A stretch of DNA of 38,434 nucleotides from Azolla caroliniana (GCA_043228905.1 JBHGNT010000295.1:1-38434); one strand, 5' to 3'; shown: positions 11,041 through 24,180, counted from the stretch's first letter. The notes: generated by a model not told the origin, from the sequence alone. Program-made: numbers and translations.

Positions 11041-13389
11041 TTAACAGACAAGGTCACATGACAAGTGCATAAGAAGCACAGCAGCCTCTTCTTCATCTTT
11101 TGCAAAAACTCTTTTCATGGTTAGATGCTCTTCACCAGGACCTAAGTTCTTAAACCTTGACTGCATGCACCCATATATCTTCTTCAATGAGGCTGGTCCA
11201 GATGAAACTTTCCAGGCATTGGGGGTATCTCTTAACAAGTCAACTTGATCTCTTTTTATCACCAGTTGATGCCACTTGCTTTTCTTCTGATGCCGAGAAA
11301 CATCAGAAGCAAAAGGCTTGAGACCCACCTCTTGTGTGAGAAAAGTATTATTATTTTGCTTTCTCTTTAAAGGTCTTGAAAGATACTTGGAAGGAGAAGG
11401 TGATGAATTTCTGAGCAATGGAACCGCAAGGTCTGGGTCATTATGCCCTGGAAAAGATCGATACTTCTTGAACCGAATGCCACATGCATTGCATAGAGAC
11501 TGCAATAAAAAATGACATTAAAGCATCATTACTCATGTATTGAGAATACATATTTATTTGACTGCCCTGACAAACATGTTAAGGAGTTGCCATTCGTATG
11601 TTACATTGAGCTTTCCACAAACAACATATATTATTAAAAACAAAAATATAATTTCCACAAGATCAAAGATATGGAAAGAAACCTAACAATATCACCTAAC
11701 TTGGGACATCAATCAAGCAACTCTACAATGAATGAAAAAGAAAGAATTATATAGAACAAAAAGAGATCATGTAAAGCCAGTAGATCCACACATACCTTGG
11801 GGCCCTGTGGTCCACTTCTCCACATAGGAGTCTTTGTGGTCCCACACAATGAACAAGCTTTAAGTACAAGTTGAGTAGATCCACGAGGAGAGACCTCAAT
11901 TCGGCTACCATTTGAGCTGCTATTCCTACTCTTCCATTTACCAAGATTATCCGGAGCAATTGGTCTTGCTTCGATCTTCCTTAGAGAAGGGCAAGAATCT
12001 GCACGATTGAGGTTCTCCCTACTTGACACACCCATATGATTTTCGTGAATTACTTCATAGCCAGAAGACCTACGAGGATGTATCCCTGACTCTCTTATAT
12101 CCAATCTTGCTGCAGAGGCCACATTTTCCCCTTCATTAAGCTGAATTAAAAAAAGAAAAACATTTAGAACAAGAAACTGAGCTTATAAACGAGTGAAAAG
12201 ATGCTAATTTTGAAAAAAGCTCCTCTATAAATTGGGCACCACATTGCCCACATCTCTTAAAGTCCAAACACAGGGACAATGTATGCTGATGTTCACAATA
12301 ACAATCCACAAAAAACACAAAGAAACAAAGAAGTAATAAGAATCCCCTGTTCTTACAGTGGCAACATTTAAATCAAGAACCTGCACGCACATCAAAATCT
12401 TGGAACCCAAAGGTTAAGATAAGCTTGAATACGCAAAAACACAAAAATAAACAATTTAGAGTTGAACATATATATAGTATGGGGTAATGTTTTTATCAAA
12501 ATGAAGATAATTTTAACACAAAAAAGGCATACAAACTTACAAACAAACCACAATCACAATAGAAGGAAAAAAACAATTTCAATTTCAAAACATAAAAAAC
12601 AACAAAATCCCAGCCCAAAAGAATTCTGGGTGACTAGACAACAAAAGAGGCTTGACTAACCTTTGAAACGAGAATTTTCACATCAGAGGAAGGAGTAACG
12701 ATAGGTACAGTTTCTTGTATTTTATGTTGAATTATACTATCTCTGTATCCATTGATAGAGGTCAAATTACTCTCTAAAGTTGGGCCAGGAGGGGACCCAT
12801 CACCAACATAAACTTCTTCATGATTTGTATCATTCATCGAAGCAATTTCAACAGTAGATAATAGATTCATTGATGGCGTTTGTGCTGGAGAAGAATAAGA
12901 AGAAGAGGAAGAAGAGAATGATGCATTTAAGACTTGGGCTTCTGAAGATGAATCCTCTTGTAGAATAGCTTTCTCACACTCTTTCGACGACAATGAAGAA
13001 GGCCTTTGACAGAGAGAACGGGAAATCCCTCTTGAGAAATTCGAAGAAGAAGAATGCGTTAATCCTGTAGATGGAGATTCACCAAAGCCAGAGCTTGATG
13101 CTGTTAGATGGGTGTTCACGTGAGTAGTTGTTATGTGAGTGGGGGAACACCTCTGTGAAACATCCAGTAATTTCATTGATGAAGATGATGATGATGTTGG
13201 TGATGTTGATGAAGATACTCTGTTTCCATATATCGGTGAAGAAGAGGATGATGAAGAAGAAACTATAACACTGTTTTTGTTTCCCTGATCACAGGACTGG
13301 TTTTCCTTCTGTGTTTGCATAAGCCAGAACTTCTTGATATGTCCATGACCACAAACCCTAGATAAGTGGTGAGCAGGAGCTTGCAACAT
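11041..13389 (-). CDS. B-class GATA transcription factor with C-terminal LLM domain (GNC/CGA1-like), about 510-518 aa
   Basis: Exons 13389-12661, (micro-exon 12380-12357), 12140-11796 and 11499-11041, all phase 0. The zinc finger CSLCGTTKTPMWRSGPQGPK|SLCNACGIRFKK (CX2CX18CX2C) is split by an intron. The C-terminus EEEAAVLLMHLSCDLVC is the LLM domain. Confidence 0.92.
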
Positions 13390-13767
13390 TGTTCCAAAAA
13401 AGAACTAGAAGCCTAAATTTTGCAATCCTAACAGTGGGTTTGAGCTAGAGCTTATTTGATGCAGACGGAGCGTGGTTGTGTGTGTATGGGATATTATGCT
13501 GGAGGATTAAGGAGGTGAATAAGCTTCAGAAGCCATGTACACACTGAGGATGAAGCGGAGGAGACCATCTTCCAGTAGATCTGCTGAGAACGACTCAGAG
13601 AAAAGAATGGGGAAATGTGGCCAGAGAAGGAAGAAATAGGATGAGAAAAAGCGGGAAATGCAGGGGAGAATTGAAGGAGTGAACTAGATCGGAGAAGAAA
13701 GAGGAGGAAGGGAAGACAATATGCAGAAAAGGATTAAAAGTTACGAGCTAAATCAGAGAAAGACGAA

Positions 13768-13789
13768 TTAGGGTTAGGGTTAGGGTTAG
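13768..13789. repeat. (TTAGGG)3 TTAG telomere-like / telo-box-like tract in the GATA leader region
   Basis: TTAGGGTTAGGGTTAGGGTTAG read directly. Confidence 0.7.
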
Positions 13790-13805
13790 CAGAGATGGAG
13801 CTCAA

Positions 13806-13807
<2 letters not shown>

Positions 13808-13838
<31 letters not shown>
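13808..13838. repeat. (GA)n microsatellite (a CT tract on the GATA sense strand) near the presumed TSS
   Basis: Read directly from the sequence. Confidence 0.9.
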
Positions 13839-13842
<4 letters not shown>

Positions 13843-16800
13843 AAGGGAGAGAAGAGAGACGGGAGATATGCGGAATGAAAAGCTCACGACATTAAAAATT
13901 AGGGCAAACATAAAGATGAAGGAAATTAGAGGGCTTTTTTAGTAGTGCCGCCAAATCTAGCGGCATGCCATGCCTGCCGTCCGATCTTCTCTGTGAGCTT
14001 TATGCCAACCTCCTCCGTTGGATCTCCTTTCTAGGGTTTAGTAAGCCCCTCAAAAAAAAAAAAAAAACAGAGGCATTTCCCTGCTTCATCATGACCGTCC
14101 AAATGATTATCTGCTTCCTTGCATCTCAACCGTTCGTTCGCTCGCTCATTCACATTACTCTCTTTCTCTGCGCCCTCCCCCCCTCATCTCATCTGCGCCG
14201 TCCAATCTCGTCATCACATCCGGACCGCTCGTCCCATTCCTCTCTGACCCATCGTGGCTGTCCAATAATTGCGATCACATCTCAACCGTCCGTTCGTTCG
14301 TTCATACTCATCTCCCCAGGGATGATGTCCAATTCCCATCTCCTTCCTACCTATCTCTCTCTCTCGCTCTTATTTGATTTCTTATCGTTCTATTTGTCTT
14401 TGGTCTCTCGTGAAGTTAAGAATATCTATATACATATTTGCCTCCCATACCTCGTCATGACCACCTGTGCTCTAGACCATTCATCACTCTCAGCTCGAAC
14501 CCATATGATCATTCATTCATCTCATTCTGATTGTTTCGACCTCGCTTAGGGTCTGCTATTTCTCATTTCTCAAACAAGTGAATTAGTTATGACTTGAAAT
14601 ATGTCTACCTTCCTTCTCCCACACATTCATCATGACTCCATTTATTATTTGCTTTAACCGCAAAGCCCTAATCTCTAATGATTTTTGCTTTGCGATAATC
14701 CTATGATGATTTACTAACTAAACAAAAAGGTTTTTACTCTTTCACACCCATTGTTTATAACACGTCTTGACAACACTTCGCTTTGGCTTTTTTTATTGTC
14801 TCTCTACCAGATACCCATAAAATTATATAAATGCCTCTCGATAAACTAAACATCTTCCATACAAATGTCAATAGACGATATTCAGTTAATAAGAAACACG
14901 TCTCCTACTCTCACTCCATCGATCCCAACTTGTTAATACATATATCACCCTCCTCTGCACCTAATTGTTACAGTAGAACATGTGTGGTGTATGTGTATTT
15001 CCATATCCTAGTCTTTTACATGTGTGGTATATGTGTATGTCCATATTCTAGTCTTTTTGTTTACTATCCATTTCAGTTGCTTATGGGACAATTAGGAGGT
15101 TGTATCTTATTTTTCTTAAGGAGGTTTGTAATATTTTTACATCCATTGGTTTACATATTATGGCTCTAAAATACTAAATACATGAGTAGACGTGTTTCTT
15201 GCAAAAAAAATGTGGAAAATTTTATGATCATAAAATATGTTGCAATAAAATCTTGAAAATGTTATTCTGCATAAACTTATCTTGGCATACATGTACGTAG
15301 GTTTTAACAATTATGAGATTTGTCAACTCGCCACATAAAATGTGCATTTGTGGACTAAAGAACACAAACAATTTGTCGTAAAGAAGTATATCATAACAAA
15401 CTTTCCGTGCTACCAAAGCAAGGTAGTAAGTGCATTTTGACATGGCAATTGGTTTTTGGTTACATCATTGTCCAATCTTCATTAACAAACAAACATCAGA
15501 GGCAACCTGATTTGTTTGGCTACCCGATTTCAAGGCAAGTAAGTAATATTTGAATGTAATCTATTGAAAATAAAACAAATTTGGTCATGTATGAGTTTCG
15601 CTTCCAATATTATAAGAATATTAAATAGAAAAGAGATGGAAGGGGATATGGGAACTTCAAGTTTTAACTACAAATCAATCATTTTACCTATAAAACCAAA
15701 GCCAAAACCCCCTATGTATTAATAAAATTCACTCATTTTAGATTCCATATCTCTTGTGCTCAAAAAACTATTCTATTTTTCGTATGACTTTTATCTTCTA
15801 TCGTATGGTACCTTTTCCAATAGCCGTTAAAGGTACACGTGAGGAGTATTGTATCCCAACCGGTGGATGTTATGTGGACCCTAGCATTATGCTTAGTATG
15901 TGCCCTTGATTGTAACATATTTGTTTTGCCAATGAATCTTACATTGTTTCATTTTTTCCTCCTATTTTATTTCGTTGTGCATGTATGCATAACTTTGCCC
16001 TCGTCATATTCTTCTCACATATGAATTTAAAGAAGATCAACATTTAGTTCGCCATTGTAAGGATGTCTAAAGTGGTCACAGTAAAATATATACATATAGT
16101 AATGGAAGCATTAAGTTCCTCTACGTTATACTGGTTAAAAAGCAATGCATATCCTTCAAATAACAAACCAATCCTCAAGTATTCCCAACAATGACCATTA
16201 ACATGACGGCCTTGGAAATTGTTGTGAATATAGTCCATGTAGATTGAGTAAGTGGGCAATGTCGAGAACATGAAAGTAGACGATATGGAAAATATGTCAA
16301 TATTATCTCACCTAAAAAGTTATTGAAGAAGTAGCTTGATTTGCATAAAAGCTACCAATAAACAAGGTGTCCACAATAATGACTTATAAAGAGTCGAGAC
16401 CATGCAATTAGTTATTCTATTTGCAACAAATTATCATTGGATATCATTGTCAAAACACACTGTTAACAATCATTGAGGTAGAAAAACATAGTAATAATTT
16501 CTAGACATGACTAAAATTTAATATATGCAAATAGCATAGCTCATTTACATGCATGTATATCCATGTGGATTGCTTCTTTAACAAACGCAAAGTATGTCTT
16601 TTCATTCAAAGCTTTGTTCTTTTTCCTATTGAGTATTTGCATAAACGAGTTGTCTTCTTGCATTGGCACTGATGCATCTACATGAAAATTTTCACCATGT
16701 GTCATGGAAAGTTTTAGAAAATGCAAGAAAAACAATCAAGACATTTCTCTTAAAATAACTCGTTTTTCTCACTCAACGGAGAATGTTAATATATATATAT

Positions 16801-17526
16801 AGTGCTAGATATCATAGTTTTTTACAATAAATTGTCATTTCCACACCATTACTTTGACTCGAGATGCTATAACACTGAATAATGACCATTCATATGTTTA
16901 CACGATGAGTTCCTTTAACATGGTTGTATTGCTCTAGTCAAAGTGTTCCATAAAGATCCTCAAAGGTTACAAATTCAAGAGATGTCAACTCATCGAGGTC
17001 TCCACAATCAAGAACCAAATTTACTTTTTTATGATGTTAACTCAACTTCCAAAAGGAATCATGATGGTATACTATTTTATAGCGTTAACCTAATGAGTTT
17101 TTTGGAAATATGAACAAATTAATGAAAAAAGGATTGGATGTATGAATTGAATAATAAGCTCAATACTTAGAAAAAAAAGGAACTCTTGGGATAAAATCAC
17201 AAAGTTGGGTCTTAACCGGAGGTGGATTCATGTATGTATGCGTAAAACTTCTAAGAGGTGAATATCTTGCATATTTTTCACATACATTTCTAGTATGTTG
17301 TAATATAATGAGAAATCACAGCAGACACAACCCATTCATGCACATGCATGCATAATTCAAAAGTAACACCTTCTTCATAACATGCATGTTTCTTCTATTA
17401 GATTTTGGATAAATATGATTTTGATCATTTAAATTAGCATTCATCAATTTGTATAGCACATTTGGATGGAGACTTTGAGGTTGATGTTCTTGTTTTATGA
17501 GTCAAAATGTATGGGTGTAGTGCCTC

Positions 17527-17813
17527 CATCCATCAACACCCCTCAAATATAAAGGAAGGCATCATATATACACTCAAACTACATGAATCAAATAACTATA
17601 GTTAGACAATATGTAATCAAATAAACTACAATTAGACTTGGGAAGGAATAATGCACTCTAGCCTTCATGCATCAACACCCTCCAATATAAAGGAAGGCTT
17701 TACTTTTATCCACTTAATCATATATACACTCAATCTACATGACTAAAAACAAATAGTTAGACAACATGCAATCAAATCAAGGACAATTAGACTTGGGAAT
17801 GAATAATCCACTC
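17527..17813. repeat. Diverged tandem duplication of about 140-160 bp
   Basis: CATCAACACCC..AATATAA..GGAAGGC..ATCATATATACACTCAA..CTACATGA..ATAGTTAGACAA..CAATTAGACTTGGGAA..GAATAAT occurs twice. Confidence 0.8.
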
Positions 17814-18469
17814 TATTGGTGTTATGCATGCATAACGTAACCAAGGAAACGTTGCTCACATTTTTAAAAACATAAGTGAAGAGATGTTCGTTAATGTTAG
17901 AAAGGGACAAGTGTGATTTGATCAAGGGAACAATATGTGCATGCTATATCACAAGCTTGACAACCAATTGACGGCGGGCGAGTCTTTTAAAAGGCACACA
18001 TATTCGAGGGGTATGAGAATATGATAAATACGAGGCTTGGTTATTACATAACAAGGCCGAAATCATAAGTTGCAATACACCAATGGTATGACTATGCTTT
18101 CGTCATGTTAATGGTGTTACCCGTCCCAATGAACTCATCCTCCCAATATCCACCAACAAGAGTCGTCGATGGTAGGTTGACTATGTCTTGATCATAATGT
18201 GAGGGTGGTAGAGAGGATTGAGTTTTTCCACCGAATTGATTTACCATTTACTTCATATTTGTCTATTGTGCGGTAAAAGGTTCTTAACAATTGGGATTTG
18301 CCCCTCTCATTTTATTTATTTATTTTTTAAACAAAATATCCTTTCATTAGTTTTAAAAAAGGCACATCAGCTACAATGTTATATTTTCCGTAGAGATTGT
18401 GCAACTATTGAAGCCAATCTATCCCACAACACCTCCATCCATCACAAAATCTAATTTCATTTTTGTATG

Positions 18470-20240
18470 TACAAACAATTCTCCCATGCTGCCACATGCT
18501 TTCAACATACCAAAAAATGTCATCATATAAGGTAAGAGGAAGCCACAAGCATTTGAGGATAAAATTGCATAGCATGCTCAATATAGCCGAATAACATGGT
18601 AGTCCATTGTACCATATCTCCAACCAACAATAATTCATCAAAGCTTTTGGGCGTCAATTATTGCTCGGCAAATGCAAGCATTAACAACGTTGTAGTGACT
18701 GTCAATGTTGATTTGAAGGGCTTGAATAATCCAAGATGCATTAAACAAATGGTTGGTTGGTGGCTTGTAGGTTTCACATCCATTGTTTAGCCCACCCGAA
18801 CTGAAAGATCATTGAATGTTTTTTGGGTTTTTTCAAGCTCACCACATTTAGCATACATGTCCACGAAAGCATTCCCAAGCTCAATATTGTCTTCCAACAG
18901 TCTCGTACTCACGATTTCATTGTGAATTTCTATGCAGTTATCAACCACGACTACACTGCCACAAGCCTTTAGCAAACTACAAGGGTATTTGCATCCGAAG
19001 AAAGACCATCATTTTGCATTTTTTCAAAAGGATTCCATGCTTCCTAGCCAAATCTATGTTGGGAATATCATGAAATTAGTGCATTCCAAGAATCGGTAGC
19101 CCCTTGAGGACTTTTTGTACTTTTCCTACTTCGCCACATTTGACATACATATCCACCAAAGCAGTATCTAGTTTCTAAACTTTACCGATCAATCTTTCAC
19201 TTACAATTTCACTATGAATTTGCTCACCTCTATGTAAAGCCCCTATGCTTGAAGAAGCCTTTGATATGCAAATAAAGGCGATTGTATTTGGCAAGAAGTG
19301 ATTCCACTACATCCTCTTGAAATAAGTTTTAGCTTTGCTTCCTTCCCCTCGCGGAACATATCCAAAGATCAAAACATTCCATTGACACAACGTCACGAAC
19401 ACAAAGCGCATCAAACACTTCCTGCGGTTTTTTCTAGCTCACCACATTTTGCATACATATCCACCAACACATTGTCGGGCTCGACATGCTTGTTTAAGCA
19501 TTTCATATGGTGGATTTGTTTCCCCCTATCTATTCCACGTGCCTTCAAGGTGCAAGTGAATGTGATGCCTATCTGTTTGAAACACTTCAATGCACCTTCG
19601 TTGTGGCCATGATGAGCATATCTCGAGATCAATGAACTCCATGAGACCAAATCTTGAATAGGAAGTTCATCAAACACCAACTGAGCTTTTTCCAAATCAT
19701 CACATTTGGCATACACGTCAACAAAAGTATTATCAAGAATAACATTCTCTTCCAATAAACTTTTACATCAAGATGCCAGTAAATGTATACAATATCTACC
19801 TATAATCTTCATACTTTCTCAATGTCTCCTAATTAAAATGTACATCTTGTTGTTGGTTGACTGATTTTGGAGACAATTTGCACTTTGTATTTCGGATTGG
19901 ATGTATGTGATTCCATGAATTTTCAGCTTGATGTATCCCATTGTATAGTGACACATCTTTGCCCTTCAATAAGGCTATTTATGAAAACCTTGCCTCTGGC
20001 TGATAGTAGTCCGATTACTGCAGTAGCATCTTCAAAAATGCCACATTTAGCATACGCATCAACTAGAATCACCACAAGACACGAATCTGAATCAAACTCC
20101 CTTTCAATGATCTAATTATGGGTGTCTTGCCCTCTTCTGATAGCTTTTAGGCTTATGTATGTCTTCAAGGTAAAAATATAGGTCACAAAATTTGGCATAG
20201 TCCCTTTCAACTACTCTTAGACTGCTATAGACCTATGTAT
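18470..20240 (-). pseudogene. Decayed PLS-class pentatricopeptide repeat (PPR) gene
   Basis: Multiple frameshifted or stopped PPR motifs: PNFVTYIFTLK, LVDAYAKCGIFEDA, FVDVYAKCDDLEKAQLVFDELPIQDLVSWSSLISRYAHHG, LVDMYAKCGELEK, LKACGS..GNAFVDMYAKCGELEKTQKTFNDL, FDELLLVGDMVQWTTMLFGY and TFFGMLKACGSMGEL. Confidence 0.88.
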
Positions 20241-20249
20241 GTCCCAAAG

Positions 20250-21660
20250 CATAAGTAATAATAGTTATACATTGACACATGCCTCATGTCGGTGGAGGAA
20301 ATACCCAGAGTGGTGGTTGATACCTCCAACGTATACCACCATTAACCATGCAGAATACCTTCATCCTTTCCCATCTCTTCTTAAAAACCTCTTGCTTTCA
20401 AAAGACTACATTTGGATCACCTTTGATAGCATCATATTCTCCTTTTAGTGTATGCACTAAGGTCATCCACAACATTCCATTGAATTTGCTGAAATATCCT
20501 TCGACATCTACTAGTCCACAAAACCGATATGATTATTGAACTAATCGTCTCCCAAACCATGCCATTTTGGACTGAATTAATAGGTATATATGGCGGCACT
20601 TCCTCAACATATCGACCTCTTGTATATAATGCAAAGTTAACATTTTCTTTTTCATAATCTTGTACCTCGCCCTTTATATTAGCCCATATATCTACCCCCC
20701 ATTTATATATTCTAGAGCCATAAACCTCATGCAAGAGACATAAAAATCTTTTCCAAACCAATTTGGCAGCCATACATGACCAAAATAGGTGATGAAGAGA
20801 CTCCACTTCTAAACCACAAAAATCACACATCTTATCCACTTCTTTACAATACATCCAAGCCCTAATAGGAACCGCATAATTAACAATCAACCATCTAAAT
20901 AGAATAATCTTCTTTGGAATTTGAAGAGCCCATAGCCATTTCCAAAATGTTGTCATGTGAGTAGGATCCACATTACAAGTCAACCATTTTGTTGCTGTTG
21001 TCGACCAATGGGGTACCCTACGTCTTATCATCTCCCTTCCCAATCAAACAGAATACTAAAAAAACGGAATCGGCCTAACATCCTCCCCAGAATATGATGT
21101 AGGCAACCACTTCCATTCTCATGGGTCCCAATTCAATTCACATAATGGTTTTTTCCCCACTACCCATAGATCCCACCATGGATGCACGTCATTAGGATTA
21201 GGGTCAAGAACCCAACCCTTATCTACATTAGCTAGAATTCTAATAGGTTTTAATATAGCCTTAGCCAAACATTCATCTTCCAGGGTAATCATCCCTAATC
21301 ATCCATCTTGTAGAACATCATAACTTAAGAAAGTACCATCATCTCCAAGGCCACGAACTCCCAATAAAACCTGAAAATTTGAAAATAATCCCATTCACTT
21401 ATGACAATTAGAAAGTATATTATATTGCAAGGGTAACCGCAACTTCCTTAACTCATCAACTATCACATTTCCTCCTCTTATTCCTCTACATTCTTGTTGA
21501 ATAATATGAGTCGGGTTGTGAACAAACTGTTGCCAATTACTAAGTGATGAGGCAAAAGATGAGTCCACTTGAGCCCAATTTAATCTGCCCCTCGCATTTT
21601 ATAGTTCTGCGATTTGTTACCAACTTCTAAGTTGATGTCCACATATCTCATTGTGATTTG
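20250..21660 (-). mobile_element. LINE (L1-like non-LTR retrotransposon) ORF2 3' remnant with zf-RVT domain
   Basis: ORF 20432-21043 has FWKWLWALQIPKKIILFRWL..CDFCGLEVESLHHLFWSC (zf-RVT CX2CX7HX4C signature). A frameshifted continuation ends WRYQPPLWVFPPPT* near 20285. The 5' boundary is uncertain. Confidence 0.8.
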
Positions 21661-24055
21661 CCAATTATGTAAAGGAAAGGTGAACCAAAACTGAATGGTT
21701 GTCGATTCCTATATGCAACATTACATGTATGGTTTCAACATTTGAATGTACAATGCATAAACGAGCTACTTCCAACCAAATTATCAAAGAGATTGTATTT
21801 GGATAATTGATAAACACAAAAAACAAAAGGTGTGCATTGAATATGTAGTACATACCTAAGACAACGTGACGACTTATGTAATGAACAATCACAAATTTAT
21901 TCTAGTCAAGGGACAACATTACAAACTAATTTATTCTACATGTTTCAAACGAAGAGTGAGCATATAGAGGACCAGTGAGATATATCAAACACGTTGTCCA
22001 TTATCACAACATGCAACATACGAGATGCATGTTGTAATTCAACATGATCCACAATTGGATATTGCATGTATTGGATGTGAACAAAAAGTTGTAGTTAAGG
22101 AAATCTTGACAGGTGCTCAATCACAACTCAATGAGTTCACTTCATTTAGTTTCCAATTATATTTCTTCCATGAAAGTCTAAATGTTGCTCGTTGAGATGA
22201 CTATATTTCTTATGTTAGTTTTTCAATTGTTATTTGTATAATGGCTTAGATGTCACATCATTACTTTATATTTATTGTATAAATGCAATGTTTATTCCTT
22301 TTATTTATCTCCATTAACCTCAATGATGGTTGGTTGTATTCCATTGTTTCATGCGTGGCATTGGGCCTTATCCATAAGATTTTATGAAAATGATTACTTT
22401 CTTTCTCACCTTAATAATCAAGGCATACAACCTTTATTAATCTTGGTGGATGTGAAATGCCCATCCTTCCTCTTCATATTTGCCCATCTCACCTAATAAT
22501 CCACCCTTTCTTTTTTTGCAACTCAATCGTGAAGTCACTAATAGTCACTGGTTAGTCATCATTATATTCTAATTTTAAAAGTCCATGACATGTCATCGAC
22601 CAAATCCGTAACCAACTTGCACGTCCAACTCAATTGCTTACTTGTTTCTCTAATGTTCTTGGCACATGCTCTCTATGTATAACTTTCATTCTACATATAG
22701 ACCATTTCTCCACGTGACTCTAATATCATTTCTCTTACGCTTTGCCTACAGGGGAACTCGGTACATGTAATCATTGCAATGTTGAAAGTTAATGGCCCAC
22801 ATGAGTTGATATTCAATTCAACATAAACAAATTGAGACCTTACAAGTTACGATCCACGATTTATGGAGAATAAGTTATTTTATAAAACATTGGCTTTAGT
22901 ACGAGGATATTATATTTAAGACCTAGCAATTCACACTTCATGGAAAAGAATATCTAACAATGTTTGTACACACCAAAAGAGTTCACTGCATTCACCTTTC
23001 CTGTTATGGGGATTGGGACATTAGGAATAAACTAGTAGCGTGCATTATCTCAAAGAGAAAGACGAAGAGTTTTTCTAATTAATGCAAAATCAAACTCACT
23101 AATTACATTTAAAGCCATATCCTTATTGTTCTTAAGCATATAGAATATTTGAAAATGTGAAATTCCAAAATAAAAACTCAATGATTTTACATGCAAATCT
23201 AATGTCAAACAACATTGCTCACACAATGTTCTCTAGTATGCAATATCAATATATCCTTGGTAATTGCCTTCTTTTAAACAATTATGTATAGGTATTTTAT
23301 CTCGTGGTTCATTGTCACCTTAAGACCCATCAAATGCGAGTATGAACATTGCACATCATTCCTTCATCCATCTCAAGAAACCACAATGTTGCCAAACCTT
23401 GAGTTCCAAGAGGGATGCATTTGACACACTTATATAATCAAGAGGATGGAGCTTCTAGGGTGATGTATCCCCTCCCTATTAATGATTATATTCACTCATT
23501 TATCTTTCTCAATAAACTAAAAATAAGATAAAAACTCGGTAACTTCATCATTGTATTAGCATTAAAATATACTTCAAATATTGCATCCTTGATAAATTAG
23601 GACCATAGTTATAAAAGTTAGGTCATCACAATGAACTCATTTCGGTCATTCGATGAGGGACGTGTAAATTGGTTGTAAGGTTTTAGTGAAATAGAATTAA
23701 AATGCATAGAGGGTAAAGGGATAAGATAAGACATACATGTTTCTTAATCGTTGTATTGATGCGTGTATTCATTTTAGTTGAACTTAAGAAACCTTTGAGG
23801 CATCCATAGTTGAACGAGAGACATTAGTGTGTTTATGTGTACAGTGTTTAAGATAACGGTGTATTGAATGTGTTGGTTTTTAGGATGAAACGAAGAAAGA
23901 TGAGAGAGTATCACATGGGGTTGTACAGGTACATAACGATTGATGTATCCAGAGATGAGGGATGTCATGAGAACCCTAATTGATTATGTGGTGAGTTGAT
24001 AGAGAGAGGTGCCTAGATGGGATATAGCTCACTTAAAGAGGTTAAGGCAACACAT

Positions 24056-24180
24056 GTACATATATATACACATGCATATACATACATACATACATACATA
24101 CATACATACATGATACATACATACATACATGATACATACATGATACATACATACATACATACATACATACATACATACAT
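24056..24180. repeat. (TACA)n microsatellite just upstream of VPS51
   Basis: About 120 bp of CATA/TACA repeats with a few TGA interruptions. Confidence 0.95.

Noticed and set aside
12136-12318. Intronic ORF containing VDC..TLSL, reminiscent of the HAN domain
   Set aside because: The spacing differs from the HAN motif (VDCTLSLG), the ORF is out of frame with the next exon, and no suitable splice sites were seen.
13965-14549. 194-aa plus-strand ORF upstream of the GATA gene
   Set aside because: It has low-complexity composition, runs through a poly-A tract and has no domain. Promoter DNA explains it better.
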